A stretch of DNA of 54,070 nucleotides from a virus. Shown one piece after another: positions 7,853 to 15,532 of this stretch. The stretch spans positions 1 through 54,070 of the IMG/VR virus record IMGVR_UViG_3300012964_000006. The stretch is one strand, 5' to 3'. Each line of letters begins with the position of its first letter. The first letter of the stretch is position 1. Position numbers and translations under genes: made by a program. The notes beneath the pieces are model-generated. The model was not told the DNA's origin and did not search any database. It saw only the letters and a program-made list of their open reading frames with translations.

Positions 7853-8049
7853 CTAACATTTTGCCCGAAGCTATCAGGCAGAAGGCCATAGAGCAGGGCG
7901 CCACGTATTACAGCCTGCTCTATCGGGAATTTTACCGGCCTACTCCTGGTGGCGGATGGGAATCGGCAATCTGGCTTTCCACTGGCGAATTGAGCCGGTG
8001 GACACGCGAACAGGGCATTGACCCCGCCAAAAGCGCGGTGAAGCTATGA
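7849..8049 (+). CDS. Hypothetical protein, paralog B
   Basis: MTNILPEAIRQKAIEQGATYYSLLYREFYRP..KSAVKL; ATGA overlap with paralog A. Confidence 0.6.
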   Translation: MTNILPEAIRQKAIEQGATYYSLLYREFYRPTPGGGWESAIWLSTGELSRWTREQGIDPAKSAVKL

Positions 8050-8210
8050 TAACCTTCATCGCCTTTCTGTGGGTGCTATTCGCCGGCCCATTACCACTGC
8101 CCCGGCCGCCGCAGCCCACGCCCATCCCGCCGCAGCCGTTACCGCCGCGAGGGCGGGCGATCCTGTGGACTAATAAAGCCACAGGACAAACGCGGGTGAT
8201 GGTAGTATGA
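8046..8210 (+). CDS. Small Pro-rich membrane-anchored protein (54 aa)
   Basis: Hand translation MITFIAFLWVLFAGPLPLPRPPQPTPIPPQPLPPRGRAILWTNKATGQTRVMVV; ATGA overlap with the previous gene. Confidence 0.35.
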   Translation: MITFIAFLWVLFAGPLPLPRPPQPTPIPPQPLPPRGRAILWTNKATGQTRVMVV

Positions 8211-8320
8211 GCATCATTCGATGGTTGCTAATCGTGGCAAGAGACGCCCGACGATTAGGGAAGCTGGGCAGGGGAATTTAGAGGAATTTATAGGTCCAGC
8301 AGGGCCAGAAGGGTTTCGTG

Positions 8321-8602
8321 ATGAGTAAGCAGCTTTTTGATTATTGTGGTGAGCCTATCAACCATCCGGTTTATGATTCGTTGGTTGATGTTTCCTATGG
8401 GTTGTGGGTTTGCCCGACCTGTAAGTCAGAGTTCTATGGCGGTGGCCCAGCTATCCACGAAAGGGAATGTACCGAAACCGGCTATGGGGGCTGCGAGTTC
8501 CACTTTGGGCCAGGCCAGGTTGATGAAGTGAATCGGACGGGTAGATGGTATGGCATCACGTTGGAATACCTGAAAGAGAATTACCCCGAGTTGGTGAAAT
8601 AG
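8321..8602 (+). CDS. Hypothetical protein with CPTC zinc-ribbon-like motif
   Basis: 94-aa ORF, ATG 8321. Confidence 0.6.
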   Translation: MSKQLFDYCGEPINHPVYDSLVDVSYGLWVCPTCKSEFYGGGPAIHERECTETGYGGCEFHFGPGQVDEVNRTGRWYGITLEYLKENYPELVK

Positions 8603-8655
8603 ATCATCGCAACCCCAGCCCCCCGGTAAGTTGCCGGGGGAAGAACAAAGAAACG

Positions 8656-8664
8656 TGGTATAAT
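8656..8664 (+). promoter_or_regulatory. Extended -10 element TGGTATAAT
   Basis: TGGTATAAT 19 nt upstream of ATG 8683; same TGGTATAMT family as 5530-5538 and 6712-6720; no clear -35. Confidence 0.35.
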
Positions 8665-8682
8665 CAGGATAGGAGTTATGAG

Positions 8683-9483
8683 ATGAACGATACAAAGGCT
8701 TTAAGTTTACGAGGCGATATTGATTTAATGACCCTCGGTGACGTGATGGTACAAAGCGGTTTCTTCCAGGACAGCCGGCAGGCCGCGCAGGCGGTCGTTA
8801 AGATTTTGGCCGGCAGGGAGTTAGGGTTTGGCCCCATTGCCAGTATGACCGGGGTAAACGTCATCAAGGGCCGGGTGACACTTTCGGCCAATTTAATCGC
8901 CGCCGCTATCAAGCGGAGCGGCCGGTATAATTACCGGGTGACAAAGCAGGATGATAAGGGCTGCACAGTTGAGTTTTTCGAGGGCGGCCAGTCCATTGGC
9001 CAATCGACCTTTGACGAGGCAGACGCCAAAGCCGCCGGCCTGGCTGCTGGCGATAATTGGCGCAAATACCCCCGTAATATGTATTTCGCCCGGGCTATCT
9101 CCAACGGGGCAAAGTGGTTTTGCCCTGATATTTTCGGCGGGCCGGTTTACACCCCTGACGAAATGGGTGCGGTAGAGGATCAGGAAACCGGAGCGGTGGT
9201 TATGCCCGAAGTGGCGCCAGTGGATCCGCCGGCGCCCACCCCGGCCCCCCAATCAGCCCCCACCCGCAACGGTAAAGCCGCCGGCCTGGTGACCCGGATT
9301 AAAGAACTGGTCAAAGAACTGGAATTTAACGGCGATTGCCTCACCGTTGACCAGGCCTTCCTTGACACGGCCGATGTCGAAAGTCTTACCGATTTCGGCA
9401 AGAACCTACGCGCCCGACTGGAAACGGTCAAGGCCCAAAACGCAGCGATGGCAGACCCGGACGATCCCGAGCCGGCCAATTAA
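8683..9483 (+). CDS. RecT/Redbeta-superfamily single-strand annealing protein
   Basis: GVNVIKGRVTLSANL.. and DNWRKYPRNMYFARAISNGAKWFCPDIFGG resemble the Bet/RecT C-terminal core; AGGAG 8671-8675; Pro/Ala-rich tail. Confidence 0.65.
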   Translation: MNDTKALSLRGDIDLMTLGDVMVQSGFFQDSRQAAQAVVKILAGRELGFGPIASMTGVNVIKGRVTLSANLIAAAIKRSGRYNYRVTKQDDKGCTVEFFEGGQSIGQSTFDEADAKAAGLAAGDNWRKYPRNMYFARAISNGAKWFCPDIFGGPVYTPDEMGAVEDQETGAVVMPEVAPVDPPAPTPAPQSAPTRNGKAAGLVTRIKELVKELEFNGDCLTVDQAFLDTADVESLTDFGKNLRARLETVKAQNAAMADPDDPEPAN

Positions 9484-9537
9484 CCAACGCAGCAAACCCC
9501 CGGCCTGGGCGACTGGGCCGGGGAGAAAGATCACGCA

Positions 9538-9852
9538 ATGATAACCATTCAAAAGCTGCACTCAATTCTAAAAAAAGCCGGCCTTAAGCACAGCAAGACG
9601 TATACGACAACGATTAGGGGATGGTACAACTACTCCGAGGGTTATCACCTGAGCCGGCATTACACCGGCGAAAGTAGCTACGCTATCTGCCTCAGCTTTC
9701 GTGACAGTGACCACCATCGCCCAAACAGCGACCGCCGCCGGTTGTATTTTGACAAAGCCAAGGCGGCGCTAACCGAGGCCGGAATTATCTTTGAGCACAA
9801 GGTTGATGGCTACGAAGAATTGATAATCAAATTAGACCAGGTCGCGGCGTAA
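9538..9852 (+). CDS. Hypothetical protein
   Basis: 104-aa ORF preceded by the GGGCCGGGGAGAAAG repeat. Confidence 0.6.
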   Translation: MITIQKLHSILKKAGLKHSKTYTTTIRGWYNYSEGYHLSRHYTGESSYAICLSFRDSDHHRPNSDRRRLYFDKAKAALTEAGIIFEHKVDGYEELIIKLDQVAA

Positions 9853-9877
9853 GACCGGGCCGGGGAGAAAGGATGAG

Positions 9878-10312
9878 ATGATGACGCCCGAGGAATTACA
9901 GGCAATCAGGGAACGGACAGAGAGGGCCACGCCGGGGCCGTGGGAAGAAAGATCGCGAGGTTTGGGCGGGTGTGAAATTGTTGGCTTCGTTCATCTAGGG
10001 TGGGCAACGCCAGTTTGTAGATTATCACCCGGCTTTGTGTGGTATGAGGGCGATAAGGATTTTATTGCCTACGCCCGGGCCGACGTGCCGGCCCTCCTGG
10101 ACGAGATTGACCAACTTTGCGCCGACCTGGCCGGGGCGGAGGGGGAACGGGATAGGCTGCGGGAAGCGCTGGAGCCGTTTGCCAAAGTGGCAGACCTGGT
10201 AAGCCACCGTAGGCCAGGGGAGACTTATGGCGTTACCCTGGCAGATTGCCAACGGGCCAAGACCGCCTTAAATTCTACTACCAAAAAAGGAGATGGCGAT
10301 GAGCCACAATAA
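9878..10312 (+). CDS. Ead/Ea22-like protein
   Basis: N-terminal ..IRERTERATPGPWE.. (ATPGPW signature) plus coiled C-terminus; shares this motif with 48446..49342. Confidence 0.55.
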   Translation: MMTPEELQAIRERTERATPGPWEERSRGLGGCEIVGFVHLGWATPVCRLSPGFVWYEGDKDFIAYARADVPALLDEIDQLCADLAGAEGERDRLREALEPFAKVADLVSHRRPGETYGVTLADCQRAKTALNSTTKKGDGDEPQ

Positions 10313-10670
10313 AACCTCAATTTGTCCCGGCTGCGGTCAAAGCTGTAGCCGGGTAGCATTGGTCAATTTGGTGTATACCTTTGAGTCGGGCGACGATAAC
10401 ACCCTGGTGGAAACATCCTGGCATAAGGATTGCTTTTTGGGCCAGGTAACGAAGGAGCGGGATAGGCTGGCAGAGCAGGTACACGCCGCCCGCGACCTGG
10501 CAGAGGCCGCCGAGCCGGTGATTGATTACCTGTTGGTAGCTGAGTTCTTTTGTCCGTATTGCGGTGGCGAGGCGATGGAGGACGGACACGACCACAAGCC
10601 AGGCTGCATATATGATAACCTGGAAACCGCGTGGAAATTGTTCCAAAATAAGATGATACCGCATCCGTAA
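10299..10670 (+). CDS. Hypothetical zinc-binding protein (CPGCG / CPYCGG)
   Basis: ORF 10293..10670; second ATG (10299) has better spacing to AAGGAG. Confidence 0.55.
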   Translation: MSHNKTSICPGCGQSCSRVALVNLVYTFESGDDNTLVETSWHKDCFLGQVTKERDRLAEQVHAARDLAEAAEPVIDYLLVAEFFCPYCGGEAMEDGHDHKPGCIYDNLETAWKLFQNKMIPHP

Positions 10671-10823
10671 ATTCTACTACTACCCCCGCCCCCGCCCCTG
10701 GCGATGAGGGCGAAAAATAAGCCAGGGGCGACGCCTGAAAAGGCGGTAGAATAGTAGAATTTCAATCACCGCCCCGGTAGAATCTGGCTGAACAGGCCAG
10801 GGAGCGGTAGAATTTGGTAGATT
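10669..10823. repeat. GGTAGAAT octamer array in a 200-nt non-coding region
   Basis: GGTAGAAT at 10745, 10776 and 10806; AGTAGAAT at 10753; GGTAGATT at 10816; inverted AAATTCTACTAC(TAC)C at 10669-10684 (and 10270-10282); 8-bp hairpin CCCCTGGC(10695-10702)/GCCAGGGG(10721-10728). Confidence 0.7.
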
Positions 10824-10869
10824 ACTAATTACGAAAGCAGCCCCGTAAAAGCCAGGGCAAAGAGATGAA

Positions 10870-11271
10870 ATGATCGAGAACGAAATCAAACGGCAAGTTG
10901 ATATTGCCGTCAAGGAAATCATTGACCGAGACTCCGAGAGGCTGTCTCCTTTGGTCCACGTAGGGTTGTATGACACCCTGCGCGGCAAATTACTAGCCGG
11001 ATTTAAGGACAGTTTGACCGTTAAGGCAGTTCTGGCTGATGATACGGTCAGAACTGCCAAGTCAGAGTACCCTCTGATTTTTAAGGGTTGGGATGGGGCA
11101 GAGGTTCAATACACGTTCATCCCGGACTGGGAGACGATCAACGAGGTCACCGGTGAGCAGGCCATCAATGCGGCGGCCTTCGCCGCCAACGAGACCGACA
11201 AACTCGCCGGGACCACTATTGGAAAAATGGTTGACCAAAAGGAGAACGAACACCATCATTTCTGGCACTAA
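10870..11271 (+). CDS. Hypothetical protein
   Basis: 133-aa ORF; last gene of the plus-strand early operon. Confidence 0.6.
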   Translation: MIENEIKRQVDIAVKEIIDRDSERLSPLVHVGLYDTLRGKLLAGFKDSLTVKAVLADDTVRTAKSEYPLIFKGWDGAEVQYTFIPDWETINEVTGEQAINAAAFAANETDKLAGTTIGKMVDQKENEHHHFWH

Positions 11272-11282
11272 AAACGAACACC

Positions 11283-11306
11283 GGCCCGGGCAACCGGGCT
11301 TTTTTA
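11283..11306 (+). terminator. Intrinsic terminator ending the plus-strand early operon
   Basis: GCCCGG-GCAA-CCGGGC followed by TTTTTTA; convergent with the end of the tail operon. Confidence 0.7.
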
Positions 11307-11648
11307 TTGGCGCTGGATGGTTGGCAGATAGTACCGCCATATCACAGACATTGCCCCCACCGGCGCCGGCCCTGCCTGGCAAGTTGCCGAGGGATCAGTC
11401 CACAAGATCAGGTTACAAAACCTATCCAGGTCGCCAGGATTCTCCACGTACCAGCAAAAGCCATAATGACTCTGGTCTTTGATGTAGGCGTAAATTGCCC
11501 GACTTTCAAAAAGGTAATCGTCGCCCGGCGTGGAGGCTATGCCCGGGCATATTGGGGAAAAAGGGGAATTAGGGGATTGGCTGGCGGCCGTGGTTCCCAA
11601 CCAGGCGACCAAGGCCACCGCAATAATTAGCAGTAAAATCACCTTCAT
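11304..11648 (-). CDS. Secreted or lipoprotein-like protein (signal peptide, Cys-rich)
   Basis: MKVILLLIIAVALVAWLGTTAAS signal-like N-terminus; last gene of the structural operon. Confidence 0.55.
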   Translation of the reverse strand: MKVILLLIIAVALVAWLGTTAASQSPNSPFSPICPGIASTPGDDYLFESRAIYAYIKDQSHYGFCWYVENPGDLDRFCNLILWTDPSATCQAGPAPVGAMSVIWRYYLPTIQRQ

Positions 11649-11663
11649 TGTGATTCTTCTTTC

Positions 11664-11942
11664 TCAGGGTGCGCTCGTGGTATGCGTCCAGGTTGCACCT
11701 GTGCCTGTTAAGTCCAGGTACTTATACCTGAGCGTTGCCCCGTCCTGGTATTGTAGTACAAATTTATCCGCTTTCATATACAGTCGGACTTCTGTTCCAT
11801 TCGCCGGCGCTGTCGGGGTGGCGGTTTGCTCCACAAACGATATGGTGGTTTTATTGGCCCCGAGGGCCGTGCTAAGCCGCTCGACTTCGGCCTTGAGCGC
11901 GGTGATTTCCCCCAAGAGTTGTTTTATTTGTTCTTCCATCAT
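11664..11942 (-). CDS. Small tail-fibre-associated protein (coiled coil plus beta C-terminus)
   Basis: Heptad-like MMEEQIKQLLGEITALKAEVERL; position after the tail-tip genes. Confidence 0.5.
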   Translation of the reverse strand: MMEEQIKQLLGEITALKAEVERLSTALGANKTTISFVEQTATPTAPANGTEVRLYMKADKFVLQYQDGATLRYKYLDLTGTGATWTHTTSAP

Positions 11943-13099
11943 TGCACTGCGTAAATATCGGCCCTGATCGTTTCGCCCTCGGGTGATACCGTCACGTCAA
12001 CCGGATCAATCCAGGCATTAAAATCTATATCATCTGCCCTGGCAATGACCTTGTCCCCAAGCCCCCAGTCTTTGCCATAGATACAGGCCGGCGTCTGTTT
12101 GATGATCCCCGTCAGGCTGATGACCGGCAATCCGGCCTGTAGCGCCGCCTCTGCCTCGTCAAGCACCTGGGCCGAGGTCGTGCAGTGGCTGGCGTTGACA
12201 AACCGCTCTATCCGGTTAAACGGGCTGTTGTCCATCCGTCCGAGGTCTTGTGCCTCTTGAACATCACGGGCCGAGCCGTCACCCTGCCCGCCGGCGTAAA
12301 CATCGGTTACCTCGTTCGTGTGGTCATAGCGTAACCGAACATTGGATAGATTGTCAAACTGTTCGGCAAAGACAACCTGACTCGTGCCGCTCGTCCGGTC
12401 CGTGCCGCGCTGATTCGGATAGGTCTTGAACTCAAATTTAGCGCCGTTCCAGATGACGTCAGGGTATACGACCGTGCCGGCCTGGTCGCTGCCCATAATC
12501 AACTCGTCAATAACTACGTCACATTGCCGCCGGCTGAAAGATTTTTGAACGGACGGCCCTGCGGCGGTATCGGCCGCGACCGCCAGGTATGCCGATAAAT
12601 CCCGCCCCGTTCCCGTGGCAGACGAGCCAAGATTTTGCTTTATGATGGTTTTCATCATATCGTCGGCCTGGTCTGTCTGGTCTGCCTGGGCCGAACCGGC
12701 ATTGTAAGCGACAATCCTCCGGCCTACCAGCCCGTAGGCCGATTGGCCGGCGCACTCGAACGATACCGCGCCGTGGTCGCTGATCTTGTCAAAGCGCCGC
12801 ATTAGCCAGCGCGTACCCATCTCGGTGTACCAGTTAAATCCTTCGACCCGCCGCAGTACTTCAACCTGCGCGTCGAGTTGGTAGAAATCACGCCAGGCGA
12901 TAAAATCTTTTGGCACGCGCAGGGTTAACCAGCCCGGCTTACCCACCCCCTTGGCGTAATTGAGAAATTCCAGGTAATCCAATTCCGCCACCTGCAACCC
13001 GGCCGGTGTGTGGTAAACGACCTTGTAATAAACAGTGACATTGTTTCCGGTGACTTGCATCAGGCCGTCCCGTCCGCCGATTCGTAGCGATTGCGCCAA
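11939..13099 (-). CDS. Tail tip / baseplate hub-like protein
   Basis: 386-aa ORF directly downstream of the Dit-like gene in a siphovirus tail module (positional inference). Confidence 0.5.
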   Translation of the reverse strand: MAQSLRIGGRDGLMQVTGNNVTVYYKVVYHTPAGLQVAELDYLEFLNYAKGVGKPGWLTLRVPKDFIAWRDFYQLDAQVEVLRRVEGFNWYTEMGTRWLMRRFDKISDHGAVSFECAGQSAYGLVGRRIVAYNAGSAQADQTDQADDMMKTIIKQNLGSSATGTGRDLSAYLAVAADTAAGPSVQKSFSRRQCDVVIDELIMGSDQAGTVVYPDVIWNGAKFEFKTYPNQRGTDRTSGTSQVVFAEQFDNLSNVRLRYDHTNEVTDVYAGGQGDGSARDVQEAQDLGRMDNSPFNRIERFVNASHCTTSAQVLDEAEAALQAGLPVISLTGIIKQTPACIYGKDWGLGDKVIARADDIDFNAWIDPVDVTVSPEGETIRADIYAVQ

Positions 13100-15531
13100 A
13101 CCAGATAGGCCGTGCAGGTGGAAGCGATTTGTACGCTGATCGTGTTATCGCCGCCGAGCAGGGAGAACTCCGCCCAGTCGCTCCGTTTCTGAACCGTATA
13201 AAAAAGGTCTGGCCGCAGGCTGGAATAGATGCGCCGCCGCCCCGGCTGCAATATGAGCGTCATTGTTTCGCCGGTAAGCAAAGTTAAGCCATTAAAATCT
13301 ATCTTTTTGTCCGTGGTGATGTTGGTAATGTTGTTCACCGCGCCGGGTCCGACAATGATAAGTGTCGGGAATCCCTCCGACTTGCCATTATAGGTCACGG
13401 CCGTTGACGTTGGCAGGTTTAGCGCCCCGGTTCCATCAAATCCAAATACCAGGGAGGCATCATTGTAATTCGAGATAGCCCGGATGGTAGTTGAAATACT
13501 GCCCAGGTCTATCTCCGGGTCATTCCACTGGCCCCCGCTGTCAAGGTAGGCCACATAATCAAAATCGCCGTCCCCGTCAACCGTGGAGAAATTGCCGCCG
13601 ATGTAAAGCCGCTCCAGGGTGCTATCCCATGCAACGGCGTAAACAATTTCGCTACTCGTCCCCACGTTGTAGTTTGTAAAAGCTACTTCGTCCCATTTGG
13701 CCAGGCCGTTGACAACCGCGCTCCCCCGGCTGCCGCTGGTCTGATCGCAGCCGATCCACACCACGCCGTCATCGTCTATGGCTACGCTGTAAGCCTTGGC
13801 ACTCATCCCGTTTGTACTAACGGTTGACCATAAATCGGTACTGATGGTGTATTTGCAAATGCCGTATGAGTTAGTTGTGGAAAGCGAACCATTCACATAC
13901 CCAACAAAATCCCCTACAGCCCAAATGGTATTACCATCTAATCCAGCCGCAAAACCGTAAACGATCCCGGAGATTAACCCGCTGTTGGCTACGTTCCCGG
14001 CAGGCATAGTCGCCCACGTATCAGTCGATTCGTCCCATACAGCAACACTTCTTGCATTGCCGAGCGTGCCGCCATCAACACTGGTAAAATTTCCTCCTAC
14101 ATATAACTTGCCTCCGGTAACGAGCAGCGCGTAAACCTCTCCCCCGGACACCCCCCCGCCCATTGCTGCAAAGGTATCCGTACCCGGGTTGTATTTTACA
14201 ATGTAATCCGTGGTCCCCCCGGCGACGTTTTGGAACAACCCCCCCACGTATAATAGACCATTAGTTTCATCCCAGGCCAGGGCGCGAACTTCTGCACTCA
14301 ATCCCGGTCCAGCCCCCAGAACGTTCCAGCTATCTCCCGCCTTATTGTACCGGGCAATGTAGTTATATGTGGTTGCCCCGAGAGTAACAAACGAGCCGCC
14401 TACGTAAATATCCGTTGAATTTTCGGCTACGGCATAGACAGATGTACTGGCGTCATCGATTCCGCCGTTCATATCGTCCCAGGACGCCGCGCCGGTCCGC
14501 CGAATCAGCCGGTTAAATGTCGTGGAAGCTGAAACCGACAACGTCTTTACGTGGTCGTTGGGGGATTGCCAATAAGGGTCAGGGCAGAGCAGGCGCAACC
14601 CGGCCTTTTCGATGACCTTATTTAATTGACCGCCGGGCAACCCCCCGGCGTAAAGCGCATCAATTTCCGCCGTTTTTTCGCCGTTGACGTAACGGAATCT
14701 GAACGGCTGCCGGGGCTTGACGAGATCCAATTTTATGGCATCTATCAGGGCTTGCCGGCGGGTATGCAGGTTATCTATGCTCGTGGCTTTGAAAGTCAGG
14801 CCCAAATCCAGGAGCCGACTGGAATATTTTGTACCCTCATAAGCGCCGCCGGGCGATAGGGCAAAATCGCTGACCTTGTGAGCCGGGTCAATCATCCCCC
14901 ACCCGGCCCAGTAGTTGACAGTCGCGCTCAGGTCGTCGTCAATATCTCTGACCCGGCCTCCGCTGCGCTCCAGGGCGTGACGGGTAGACGTGGAAGCGTG
15001 GTCGGCGCCGGTAAAATCATACCCGTCCGAGCGATTGCCGGTTAATGAGCCATCGCAATAGGTGGTGGCGTAGGCTTTATTTTCTAACTGCACTCCATCA
15101 ATAAGCAACCCGGCTTCTTTGGCCCTGACGCCAAAATTACGACTCCCGGCTGTAGGCGTACCCGTTTTGACGCAGTAATACCAATTGTCATCAACCTGGG
15201 TAATGCTGTCCCAGGTCGACGCGCCGCTGTCCCAAAACGGCGCTACTTGCGTAGCCGATACCGCTCCGGCCGCCGCCCTCTTGATATAGGCGCTCAGGGT
15301 GTAGCTGGTCGCCGTTACCGTCACCGCCTGGTAAATGTCGGCATACGTTCCGCCGCCCAAATCGGTAGAGGCGCAGCCGGTCCCTACCCAGCAATCCGTA
15401 GTGACCCGGGTAAAATCCTCCGTGCCATCCCCGGCGAATGTCCAAATAGTATCGGGGTCAGCCGTGGCAAATTGAGTGTCACTCAACAGGTTAGTTGTCG
15501 CTTCCGGTACGATGATTTTGAAATAGCCCAT
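13060..15531 (-). CDS. Large distal tail protein with beta-propeller-like repeats
   Basis: 823 aa immediately after the tape measure; repeated ..YVGG.F..V.G.. blades. Confidence 0.55.
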   Translation of the reverse strand: MGYFKIIVPEATTNLLSDTQFATADPDTIWTFAGDGTEDFTRVTTDCWVGTGCASTDLGGGTYADIYQAVTVTATSYTLSAYIKRAAAGAVSATQVAPFWDSGASTWDSITQVDDNWYYCVKTGTPTAGSRNFGVRAKEAGLLIDGVQLENKAYATTYCDGSLTGNRSDGYDFTGADHASTSTRHALERSGGRVRDIDDDLSATVNYWAGWGMIDPAHKVSDFALSPGGAYEGTKYSSRLLDLGLTFKATSIDNLHTRRQALIDAIKLDLVKPRQPFRFRYVNGEKTAEIDALYAGGLPGGQLNKVIEKAGLRLLCPDPYWQSPNDHVKTLSVSASTTFNRLIRRTGAASWDDMNGGIDDASTSVYAVAENSTDIYVGGSFVTLGATTYNYIARYNKAGDSWNVLGAGPGLSAEVRALAWDETNGLLYVGGLFQNVAGGTTDYIVKYNPGTDTFAAMGGGVSGGEVYALLVTGGKLYVGGNFTSVDGGTLGNARSVAVWDESTDTWATMPAGNVANSGLISGIVYGFAAGLDGNTIWAVGDFVGYVNGSLSTTNSYGICKYTISTDLWSTVSTNGMSAKAYSVAIDDDGVVWIGCDQTSGSRGSAVVNGLAKWDEVAFTNYNVGTSSEIVYAVAWDSTLERLYIGGNFSTVDGDGDFDYVAYLDSGGQWNDPEIDLGSISTTIRAISNYNDASLVFGFDGTGALNLPTSTAVTYNGKSEGFPTLIIVGPGAVNNITNITTDKKIDFNGLTLLTGETMTLILQPGRRRIYSSLRPDLFYTVQKRSDWAEFSLLGGDNTISVQIASTCTAYLVWRNRYESADGTA

Positions 15532-15532
15532 C

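Noticed and set aside
10669-10823. CRISPR array or att site interpretation of the GGTAGAAT cluster
   Set aside because: The repeats are only 8 nt with irregular 2-25-nt spacing and mixed orientation. There are no cas genes and no integrase anywhere in the genome.
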